A stretch of DNA of 64,000 bases from a virus. Taxonomy: Duplodnaviria > Caudoviricetes. Shown one piece after another: positions 56,667 through 64,000 of the stretch (the stretch's first letter is position 1; each line of letters begins with the position of its first letter). The position numbers and the translations under genes were made by a program. Below the pieces are notes generated by a model, which was not told the DNA's origin, did not search any database, and was given only the letters and a program-made list of their open reading frames with translations. The DNA lies in IMG/VR virus record IMGVR_UViG_3300034410_000463, positions 1-64,000 of that record; one strand, written 5' to 3'.

Positions 56667-57806
56667 CTACGACAATACGTCTACAATTACTTGAGCAATT
56701 TCTCTAAATCGCTTTTCATCAAAGCCACGCGTTGTTTCAGCAGCCGTACCAATACGAATACCACTTGTTTCCATGAATGGACGAGGATCATTTGGAATAC
56801 CATTTTTGTTAACAGTAATTCCAGCATGTTCAAGTCTATCAGCAGCTTCTCTACCAGAATATTTGCTTTCACTTAAATCCATTAGAATAATATGAGAATC
56901 AGTTCCACCTGTTTGTACTGGGAAACCTTTTTCTTCAAATACTTCACACATTGCTTTAGCATTTGCGATAACTTGATCGGCGTATTGAGCAAATTCATTA
57001 GTAGATGCTTCAATAAAACACTGAGCTTTTGCTGCAATGATATGCATCAATGGACCACCTTGCGTTCCTGGGAATATAGCACTATTAATCTTTCGTGTAT
57101 AGTCTGGGTTATTCCATAAGATAATTCCACCACGAGGACCACGAAGTGTTTTATGAGTGGTAGATGTTACTACATCAGCAAAAGGTACTGGATTATAGTA
57201 ACTTAAGCCTGCAACTAGACCAGAGTAGTGAGCCATATCTACAAGTAACAATGCTCCTACTTCATCAGCTATTTCCCTAAACATTTTCCAATCAATTTGA
57301 CGAGGATATGCGCTTGCACCAGCAACAATCATCTGTGGTTCCAATTCAAGTGCTTGTTCACGAATAGCTTTGTAATCTAATAAACCCTCTTCGTTAACAC
57401 CGTAAGTATGTGAACTAAACCAAGATCCCGATACGTTGACTTTAGCTCCATGCGATAAGTGACCGCCACTCGCAAGATCCATACCTAGAACGGTATCACC
57501 TGGTTTTAGAAAAGCTTTAAATACAGCAAGGTTAGCGTTAGCTCCTGAGTGTGGCTGTACATTTGCAAACTTAGCACCAAACAACTTTGTAACGGTATCA
57601 ATTGCAAGTTGTTCTACATCATCACAGTTATCACATCCATTATAATATCTTTTTGCTGGATAACCTTCAGCATACTTGTTAGTAAATATACTACCTGATA
57701 ACTCCATTACTGCATCACTTGCATAGTTTTCACTTGCAATCAGTTCTACTGTTTCTTCTTGCCTTTTTTCTTCAGCGTTGAGAATGTCTCTAATTCTTTG
57801 GTCCAT
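56667..57806 (-). CDS. glyA: Serine hydroxymethyltransferase
   Basis: LIASEN, NKYAEGYP, NVQPHSG, GGHLSHG, DMAH, TTHKTLRGPRGG (PLP Lys), SGIRIGT. Confidence 0.97.
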   Translation of the reverse strand: MDQRIRDILNAEEKRQEETVELIASENYASDAVMELSGSIFTNKYAEGYPAKRYYNGCDNCDDVEQLAIDTVTKLFGAKFANVQPHSGANANLAVFKAFLKPGDTVLGMDLASGGHLSHGAKVNVSGSWFSSHTYGVNEEGLLDYKAIREQALELEPQMIVAGASAYPRQIDWKMFREIADEVGALLLVDMAHYSGLVAGLSYYNPVPFADVVTSTTHKTLRGPRGGIILWNNPDYTRKINSAIFPGTQGGPLMHIIAAKAQCFIEASTNEFAQYADQVIANAKAMCEVFEEKGFPVQTGGTDSHIILMDLSESKYSGREAADRLEHAGITVNKNGIPNDPRPFMETSGIRIGTAAETTRGFDEKRFREIAQVIVDVLS

Positions 57807-57813
57807 TTTTTTA

Positions 57814-58935
57814 TTAATCCTCTCGTTGTCCTATACCCCAATCGATAACAACTGGGAACCTTGGTATGCCATCAGGCGTTAGTTGGAAGTATCTCAGTGT
57901 AGCCCAATCAGGCGATACTCCAGATTCGAATAATGCAGCCAATACTGTTTGATTGCCTCTTACACCAGCTCCGAACTCTTGGCCATTGATTTGTAATACA
58001 AATCGTTTGACGTGACCTGCCCAATTGCCTTTTCCTTCTTCTACTCTAAGAACGTTAAATTCTTCAGTAATAAATTCTTTTCGTTTTAATAACGATTTTG
58101 ATCTTTTATTTTGTTGGTATGGATCATTTGTACGAATCATTTGACCTTCATAGCCATCTTCAGTATATTCACCATATAACTGATCCATATCTTCTTGATT
58201 AGAAATAGAACGAGTAGATACGGTTTTAACTGATTCGTATTCAGATAGTTTACTTAAAACAGTAATACGCTTTTTAAATGATGCCGTTGGAGTAATCAAA
58301 TCATACACGTGATACTCTACTAAACCCGCAGCTTCAGCAATATCTTCGGGTGTTGGTTTAGTTTTACGAACTAAAGAAGTAATCTTATTAAAATTATCTT
58401 TAAGATCATGATTATATAACTCACCATCGAGAATAGCATCTGGATTTTCTTCAAAGTATGGCTTTAAGCTTTCAAAAATATGTGGTACACCAATTATTTC
58501 TTTACCTGCACGAGACCACAATCCATTAGCACGAGCAATACAACGAATGCCATCTAGTTTAGGTTGAGAAAAGTATTCATTGTTATCCCAATCAAACTTA
58601 GCGTCTTCATATTTTGCCGCTAACATTGGTTTAATCTTATCAAAAGAATCAATGTCTTGCTTTAATCTAAAGTAACCACGTTCAAGTCTCTTTTTAAAAT
58701 CAGCGAGCATTTCTTGTTCAGCTTGACCTTGCAAAGATGTCTCGTTAGCTTTACCAACATTCTTTTGTTCTACGATTTTCCAACCAGACTCGACTTGTTT
58801 GCCTTCCTCTAAACCAGAAACTGTACGCCAATAATAACTACCATTCTCTTCACTTACTTCACCACGCCACATTCTAACTTGACCTTTAGAGTCTCGTTTA
58901 TATAGTGGAGCTGTACCTGCAATAATATTATTCAT
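57814..58935 (-). CDS. ATP-dependent DNA ligase
   Basis: QPKLDGIRC (KxDG), LDGELY, EGQMIR, LLKRK, PRFP. Confidence 0.92.
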   Translation of the reverse strand: MNNIIAGTAPLYKRDSKGQVRMWRGEVSEENGSYYWRTVSGLEEGKQVESGWKIVEQKNVGKANETSLQGQAEQEMLADFKKRLERGYFRLKQDIDSFDKIKPMLAAKYEDAKFDWDNNEYFSQPKLDGIRCIARANGLWSRAGKEIIGVPHIFESLKPYFEENPDAILDGELYNHDLKDNFNKITSLVRKTKPTPEDIAEAAGLVEYHVYDLITPTASFKKRITVLSKLSEYESVKTVSTRSISNQEDMDQLYGEYTEDGYEGQMIRTNDPYQQNKRSKSLLKRKEFITEEFNVLRVEEGKGNWAGHVKRFVLQINGQEFGAGVRGNQTVLAALFESGVSPDWATLRYFQLTPDGIPRFPVVIDWGIGQRED

Positions 58936-59378
58936 TATCTTCTCATCCTAGCTATGTCTTTAGCTTGTTCTGTTCCTCGCATGACTGGAACTGCGTTTGA
59001 TTTGTGCATTTGTCCGATCCCGACAATGAGATCTCCGGTATATTGTTGCGGCTCTCGCTTTCGTCCTGAGTCTGGAATTGAACCCGCCGCCTTGCTGATT
59101 GGCGCGCTTGGATAATTCGGCGATTTGCGTTGGTACGATTCCTCTGGGACATAGGGCTTAAATTCCTTTTTCTTTTTGGGTTTAGTTTCGCCGAAGACGT
59201 ATGCTTGATACTCTTCAAATGTTTTGTATTGTAAGTTATGGCAGTTAGACCTACGCATAGCTTTATTATGCTGTCGCCAGCTTACTTCCATTTCAGCAAG
59301 TTTCTTTTGAGTTAACTTACGTCTTTTCTTTTTTGAATTGCCGTGTACTTGCACGCCTTGAATCATATGCATTGTCAT
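58935..59378 (-). CDS. Conserved hypothetical protein
   Basis: C-terminal GIGQMHKSNAVPV motif. Confidence 0.7.
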   Translation of the reverse strand: MTMHMIQGVQVHGNSKKKRRKLTQKKLAEMEVSWRQHNKAMRRSNCHNLQYKTFEEYQAYVFGETKPKKKKEFKPYVPEESYQRKSPNYPSAPISKAAGSIPDSGRKREPQQYTGDLIVGIGQMHKSNAVPVMRGTEQAKDIARMRR

Positions 59379-59412
59379 ATGAGCACCTCACTATCATCAT
59401 TATATAACTACC

Positions 59413-59446
59413 ATTATAACAAAGGGCTGACGTAATGTCAACCCTT
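59413..59446 (-). promoter_or_regulatory. Early promoter whose -35 is embedded in a hairpin
   Basis: AAGGGTTGAC-ATTAC-GTCAGCCCTT; TTGACA (59436-59441)-N17-TATAAT (59413-59418). Confidence 0.75.
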
Positions 59447-59450
59447 ATTT

Positions 59451-59708
59451 TTACAAACTATGACCAGTTCCGGTATATCCTGTATCTTCTACATATTGTA
59501 GAAGCTCTTTATATCCACCAATGTATTGTTGATCGATAAAAATCTGTGGTACACTTTTAACCGCTACTGGAGCTCTATCCATTAATTCAGCTAAAAGGTT
59601 TTGTGCTCTGCCTACATCCTTATATTCATACGTAAGGCTTCGGTTCTCTGCAAAGGTCTTTGCTTTTGTACAAAAACCACAATTTGCTTTTCCATAAATT
59701 GTAATCAT
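59451..59708 (-). CDS. Glutaredoxin
   Basis: CGFC active site, SVPQIF, IGGY. Confidence 0.92.
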   Translation of the reverse strand: MITIYGKANCGFCTKAKTFAENRSLTYEYKDVGRAQNLLAELMDRAPVAVKSVPQIFIDQQYIGGYKELLQYVEDTGYTGTGHSL

Positions 59709-59941
59709 TCTTCTCTTTCCTCTTCTAATTGATATGCGCCTGCTGGTAACTTAAAAGCTTTCATCAGCGCTAACATTTGTTTTGGCGAGATAATGCAATA
59801 ATCGTAATGTTCTGAGTCAAAATCGAATTGTCTTATATAAACAACTTCTTCGTGCATTATAATTTGCACATCTTCGTATTCACCGCCTGGGTCTAGTATA
59901 GTGATCGAAGTTTCGTCCCAGTCCATTTCAATTGTAAACAA
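59705..59941 (-). CDS. Hypothetical protein
   Basis: Packed acidic ORF. Confidence 0.65.
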   Translation of the reverse strand: MFTIEMDWDETSITILDPGGEYEDVQIIMHEEVVYIRQFDFDSEHYDYCIISPKQMLALMKAFKLPAGAYQLEEEREE

Positions 59942-59947
59942 ATTAAC

Positions 59948-60142
59948 TCACCATAATCCTAACATTTTACTATTACCTGCTATAATAAAAAAGCAAGTTA
60001 CGATATGTACAGTCCACCAAAAAGTTCTTATCATGGCTACAAAATCGGCTTGTCTATCTGACTCACCAACCTTTTCACCCAAGCTTTGAGCCCAGATACG
60101 CCACCATTTATTTAATTTTTTTCTAATCCCATAGAGACTCAT
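59948..60142 (-). CDS. Small membrane hypothetical protein
   Basis: WWRIWAQSLGEK...ADFVAMIRT plus a hydrophobic segment. Confidence 0.6.
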   Translation of the reverse strand: MSLYGIRKKLNKWWRIWAQSLGEKVGESDRQADFVAMIRTFWWTVHIVTCFFIIAGNSKMLGLW

Positions 60143-60746
60143 AATATTTCCCGAACAATTTGAACCCGTTAGTCATGCGTTCTTGATGTGCGTGTCGCCC
60201 TTCATCATCCGTCCATTCAAATGCACCACTTAATGGTCCATCTTTTCCTTCTATATAGTCACCGTAGTATTCTTCTTCCCAATGGTCTTTGCACTTTTGT
60301 TCAAACGCCCAGATCATTTCGCCTATTACATAATCCCAACGATCATGCCATTTAACATCAGTTTCAGCTTCTTCTAAATAACGCTTTTCTTGCTTTTTAG
60401 TAAGACGAAGTTCCTTTGGTACATCTGCATTGTCTACAAACGGAGAACCATGTTTAGTTTCTTTTAGCTGCTTTAACATTGGAAGGATAATTGGAGCAAG
60501 AGTATTATCCATGCTCCAAGTATCGTGACTGTCTATACGAATAAATTGCTTCTGTTCACGTCGATCAAACCACAATCTATTAACTATATTATATACATCT
60601 TGCCAGAATTTGTCAACTGCTTCATAGTAATAATCTTCGAAATCACCTTTATCAGGCCACTCAAACATGCCATATTTATTATTCATATGGCGCTGATACA
60701 TATTACAAGTTAGCCTATAAGGATATTTTCCAATTTTTATTTTCAT
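60123..60746 (-). CDS. Hypothetical protein
   Basis: DTWSMDNTLAPIILPMLKQLK...FGKYYESLWD. Confidence 0.7.
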   Translation of the reverse strand: MKIKIGKYPYRLTCNMYQRHMNNKYGMFEWPDKGDFEDYYYEAVDKFWQDVYNIVNRLWFDRREQKQFIRIDSHDTWSMDNTLAPIILPMLKQLKETKHGSPFVDNADVPKELRLTKKQEKRYLEEAETDVKWHDRWDYVIGEMIWAFEQKCKDHWEEEYYGDYIEGKDGPLSGAFEWTDDEGRHAHQERMTNGFKLFGKYYESLWD

Positions 60747-60747
60747 A

Positions 60748-61281
60748 TTACTGCCCGGCTAAATAAGCCATTACTGTTTCTGGAGAAGACTCACCATATG
60801 GATCTTCATTTTCCTTAGTGGCCGCTGGCTCCACAAACATTTTTTCTACTTCGTTATCGTTAATTACTACGGCAAATCTTTTCGATCTTGAACCAAAGCC
60901 AATAACACTAAAATCACCGAGCTGTCCTAGCGCTTCGGCAAAATACCCATTACCATCTGGGATAACTTTAACTTTCTCAACACCGAGCTTTTCAGCCCAA
61001 GCGTTCATTACAAATCCATCGTTTACAGAAGAAACATAGATTTCATCAATACCCATCTCTTTAATAGCTTCGTAGTTTTCTTCAAAGCCAGGAAGTTGTT
61101 GAGATGAACACGTCGGTGTAAACGCGCCTGGTAAAGAAAATACAATTGTACGTTTACCACCAAACATTTCAATTGAGTCCATAGGCAACCAACTACCACC
61201 AATAGGGCATCCACCATCTTCAGGTTCTACATCTCCGGTTCTGGCCATAAATGTAATTTGCGGGATCATATCTTTAATCAT
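60748..61281 (-). CDS. Peroxiredoxin (Prx5/redoxin type)
   Basis: SLPGAFTPTCS, SVNDGFVMNAW, DGNGYF, RSKRFA. Confidence 0.92.
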   Translation of the reverse strand: MIKDMIPQITFMARTGDVEPEDGGCPIGGSWLPMDSIEMFGGKRTIVFSLPGAFTPTCSSQQLPGFEENYEAIKEMGIDEIYVSSVNDGFVMNAWAEKLGVEKVKVIPDGNGYFAEALGQLGDFSVIGFGSRSKRFAVVINDNEVEKMFVEPAATKENEDPYGESSPETVMAYLAGQ

Positions 61282-61991
61282 GTTGTTAACTCCTCAAGTT
61301 GTTTCCACGTATCACGCCAATCTTTTACTTGGTGCGATTTTCCATTTGTGCGTTCTTCTATTGCTTTTGCTATTGACCAATCATTACCTGAAGGAAATAT
61401 TGAATCACCAAAGAAATGAATCTTTTCTCGATAGTTTTGAAAGTCTTCAAGTATCTGGCTTTTATCTGAACCAGTGGGGTGAATATCAATACCAGTTTCA
61501 CCACCAACAGTTGCGGTAATATCCTTATAGTAAGAATTGATTATGTGAGCAATAGTTTCACGCTCTTTATTTAACGTATCATATTCTACGTACTCTGCAC
61601 GTTGTTCTTTTGTTGCGTTACGCCCAACAACAGAAAAGTTCATCATTCCAGGCCGTTCTTCTTTATGGTTACCTGTTCTTACAGGAAATCTACTGGCTTG
61701 AAGCCAACCATCAAGAATACGATGCATAGAAGGAGGAACTTTCCAAGCAGAAGATCGTACTTTTTCTGATCCGGAATATACGTCACTACCAGAGCAGTTG
61801 TAAACTTTCTTACAAAGATTATAAGTTGGTTCACTAATTTGTTCAATTGTTTTATCTCGATCTGAACCAGTTACGAGGTAAACATCATTTACTAAACAGA
61901 AAGTATTAAACCAAGCTTTAAAGTCTAAATCAATAATACCTCTACTTGGCGTTAAAGTACCATCTACATCAAATACATATTTTGTGCTCAT
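61278..61991 (-). CDS. HAD-IIB phosphomannomutase-like protein
   Basis: FDVDGTLT, ERPGMMNFSVVGR, GGETGIDI, FFGD...GNDW. Confidence 0.82.
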   Translation of the reverse strand: MSTKYVFDVDGTLTPSRGIIDLDFKAWFNTFCLVNDVYLVTGSDRDKTIEQISEPTYNLCKKVYNCSGSDVYSGSEKVRSSAWKVPPSMHRILDGWLQASRFPVRTGNHKEERPGMMNFSVVGRNATKEQRAEYVEYDTLNKERETIAHIINSYYKDITATVGGETGIDIHPTGSDKSQILEDFQNYREKIHFFGDSIFPSGNDWSIAKAIEERTNGKSHQVKDWRDTWKQLEELTT

Positions 61992-62179
61992 GTCTCGTCC
62001 GTTCTAATACACTGCAACTCAGATTCGAGTGGAAGCTTGTATCTTTCCTCAAATATAATTCTAGCTGTTTCACAAGCTAACCTATCTTCATACATATGAA
62101 GAGGATGGTACACGATAGTATCAGGTGCTACCATATAGTTTGCTTGTATTGTTGTTATAAGAAATAATCCCCAAAACAT
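61988..62179 (-). CDS. Small hypothetical protein
   Basis: 63 aa, signal-like start, two Cys. Confidence 0.55.
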   Translation of the reverse strand: MFWGLFLITTIQANYMVAPDTIVYHPLHMYEDRLACETARIIFEERYKLPLESELQCIRTDET

Positions 62180-62307
62180 TAGTAGTTACTCCATTCATCT
62201 TCAGGTTGTTCAAGACCCAGCCTGTGCTGGAAGTAATGTGCTTTACCATTTACTCTATATCCTATCGGGATACCTAAAAAATCTTCGTAAATAATATAAC
62301 AAACCAT
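62179..62307 (-). CDS. Small hypothetical protein (42 aa, not in ORF track)
   Basis: MVCYIIYEDFLGIPIGYRVNGKAHYFQHRLGLEQPEDEWSNY fills the gap exactly, with TAATG coupling. Confidence 0.5.
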   Translation of the reverse strand: MVCYIIYEDFLGIPIGYRVNGKAHYFQHRLGLEQPEDEWSNY

Positions 62308-62493
62308 CTATTCAGCTCCAGTCCAATGTAATCGATCATGGGCTTTTCTTGTAAGCTTAGAAAACCTTTCAGCTAATCTCATAACAAACTCGTCGTCTGA
62401 TTTGTTAGCCATGTCGTGCAAAAAGCTTTCCATGTCTTGATCATCTTTGCGGATTTGTGTTAACTCTTCTCTACTTATCTGGGGCATAATCAT
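62308..62493 (-). CDS. Small hypothetical protein
   Basis: Packed ORF. Confidence 0.55.
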   Translation of the reverse strand: MIMPQISREELTQIRKDDQDMESFLHDMANKSDDEFVMRLAERFSKLTRKAHDRLHWTGAE

Positions 62494-62662
62494 ATCCTAG
62501 ACTAAAAGTCACTGTTGGTTGTTCATATTTAATTGTAAAGTTACCAAAACCATTATCATTTACTACTGACCAATTCAGTTGAGGATAATCCAAAGGTAAC
62601 TCAATTTGTTCTGGGTAGATATCGTAAAACTTAAATTCTAATTGTTCTTCTTTAATTGACAT
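62471..62662 (-). CDS. Small hypothetical protein
   Basis: Packed ORF. Confidence 0.5.
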   Translation of the reverse strand: MSIKEEQLEFKFYDIYPEQIELPLDYPQLNWSVVNDNGFGNFTIKYEQPTVTFSLGYDYAPDK

Positions 62663-63074
62663 GTTCGCATACCCTCTTTTTTAAATCGCTTGAACTAAAG
62701 CGATGGTCTCTTTTGTTGAAGTAAAGATCAATATCACGTTTGCGACATATATCTCTGCCAGTAAAATCCTTATCCCTGTACTCTTCTCCTAATATTCTAA
62801 CATCGAGATCAAGCATTGTCAATATATCTTCAACATCTTTTTCAGAATTATATGGGATAATCTCATCGACATAACTGATACCATTCAGTTGAGTATAGCG
62901 TTCAACTATAGTTTGAACAGGAGCATTCTTTTCTTTGCGATCTTGAGATGGATCCATTTGTAATCCACAAATAAGATAATCGCATTGAGCTTTTGCTTCT
63001 CTTAACATTGACACGTGGCCTGCATGTAACAGATCAAATGTACTAAAGGTTATACCTACAATCATATTCGCCAA
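62652..63074 (-). CDS. Glycerol-3-phosphate cytidylyltransferase (TagD-like)
   Basis: FSTFDLLHAGH, RYTQL...YVDEIIPY, RDHRFSSS. Confidence 0.88.
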   Translation of the reverse strand: MANMIVGITFSTFDLLHAGHVSMLREAKAQCDYLICGLQMDPSQDRKEKNAPVQTIVERYTQLNGISYVDEIIPYNSEKDVEDILTMLDLDVRILGEEYRDKDFTGRDICRKRDIDLYFNKRDHRFSSSDLKKRVCEHVN

Positions 63075-63385
63075 TTGATCTCCGTAATATTATCTGGCAT
63101 TTCAAGCGGATTAAAATGCTCGGTTTGGCGAGACCAGCTTTTTAGCATTCCTTGGCCATAGGTAGTTACTCCATATGAATCTTTATCGCATTCATAAGTT
63201 GAGCCAGAATAACCTTTAAAAATAAACTTATTCTCTGTTTCTTCAACACCCGTGATGCCGCTATTTAAACGCCAAGCATCTGGATTATAAGGATTTCCTT
63301 CATACCAAGTACCAAAGATTCTATAATGAGGATCAGTGCCAGTAATTTCAACTAGCATCCATTTATCTGGTCTGTAATTACTCAC
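63062..63385 (-). CDS. Conserved phage hypothetical protein
   Basis: YRPDKWMLVEI...WRLNSGIT; likely GTG start at 63385. Confidence 0.65.
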   Translation of the reverse strand: MSNYRPDKWMLVEITGTDPHYRIFGTWYEGNPYNPDAWRLNSGITGVEETENKFIFKGYSGSTYECDKDSYGVTTYGQGMLKSWSRQTEHFNPLEMPDNITEINWRI

Positions 63386-63713
63386 TGGTATCTTTCCAAT
63401 CTGCGATGAAGTCGAGCTTTTGATTGCGAGTCCATTCTTTAAGATAATCATTGTCACGATCAAATAGATTCACGATACGCTCTTCATCTAAAATCATACC
63501 ATCGATGATTTGTTCGCCAATCCACTTTTGAGAGAACTCTTTTACATCTTCACATGTAACATTATCTTTTGCCCATTCAATTTGTTTGGCTGGGTCAGCG
63601 CTAATATCTATATCTGGGTTTAAAGCCTGAAGCTCAGATACGGGAACAGCATATCGCTGTCTAAATTGAGATACCGTTGTTACTACGACGTAACGTTCTT
63701 TAGGATTCGACAT
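63378..63713 (-). CDS. Hypothetical protein
   Basis: YVVVTTVSQFRQRYAVP...EFSQKWIGEQI. Confidence 0.7.
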   Translation of the reverse strand: MSNPKERYVVVTTVSQFRQRYAVPVSELQALNPDIDISADPAKQIEWAKDNVTCEDVKEFSQKWIGEQIIDGMILDEERIVNLFDRDNDYLKEWTRNQKLDFIADWKDTSE

Positions 63714-63999
63714 TTACAAACTCTCCATTTTTAACTTTAAAGATACCATCAAGTCCAGTAGATCTGATATAAGCTCTACCACCATCGATCATTTTACCAT
63801 CTATAAAAAGACAATCATGATGGCAAGAGGAATAATGCCAATCACCATCTTTGTTTTGAATCATACCAAACTCATAGTCTTCTACGATATCAGCATTAGT
63901 AATAAGCACACGATCATCGCTAGTACTGCGTAGACCAAAGTATTTATTGCCAAACTCAGGGTGAGGAGTTTCTCTATAGAAAATGTCTAATGGTTGGTC
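63700..63999 (-). CDS. Hypothetical protein, 5' truncated at window edge
   Basis: Frame stays open from 63909 to the window end (DQPLDIFYRETPHPEFGNKYFGL...); YSSCHHD...IDGGRAY. Confidence 0.65.
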   Translation of the reverse strand, partial: DQPLDIFYRETPHPEFGNKYFGLRSTSDDRVLITNADIVEDYEFGMIQNKDGDWHYSSCHHDCLFIDGKMIDGGRAYIRSTGLDGIFKVKNGEFVNVES

Positions 64000-64000
64000 A

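Noticed and set aside
1-64000. Stop-codon recoding, tRNAs, CRISPR arrays, introns or inteins
   Set aside because: Core genes are full length under the standard code with dense packing; no cloverleaf, repeat-spacer array or interruption of gp17, gp20, gp23 or ligase was seen by eye (tRNAscan and Infernal not run).

Overview
AT-rich fragment of a large T4-like (myovirus) phage genome; the host is not identifiable from this window, and no photosynthesis genes, tRNAs or CRISPR arrays were seen. The + strand (1-37.6 kb) carries a long modular tail fibre with a C-terminal chaperone, a 11-kb radical SAM/2OG-oxygenase cluster, a sugar-modification cassette and the T4 core morphogenesis block gp13-gp23 under TATAAATA late promoters. 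The - strand (37.7-64 kb) carries early/middle genes under repeated sigma70-type promoters: many small hypotheticals, DUF932, a DenV-like glycosylase, an exonuclease, RNase H, DNA ligase and metabolic genes (glyA, phoH, glutaredoxin, peroxiredoxin, PMM-like HAD, cytidylyltransferases), plus a late island with a collagen-like fibre and a PAAR-like protein. The standout is 6075-17427. Two paralogous ~135-aa proteins, both ending in CHxSCHxxCHSSRGRR and translationally coupled to the tail fibre, are followed by six radical SAM/SPASM-type enzymes (two atypical), two Fe/2OG oxygenases and four unknown proteins. This looks like a phage-encoded RiPP-like or virion-protein modification system; that function is inference.
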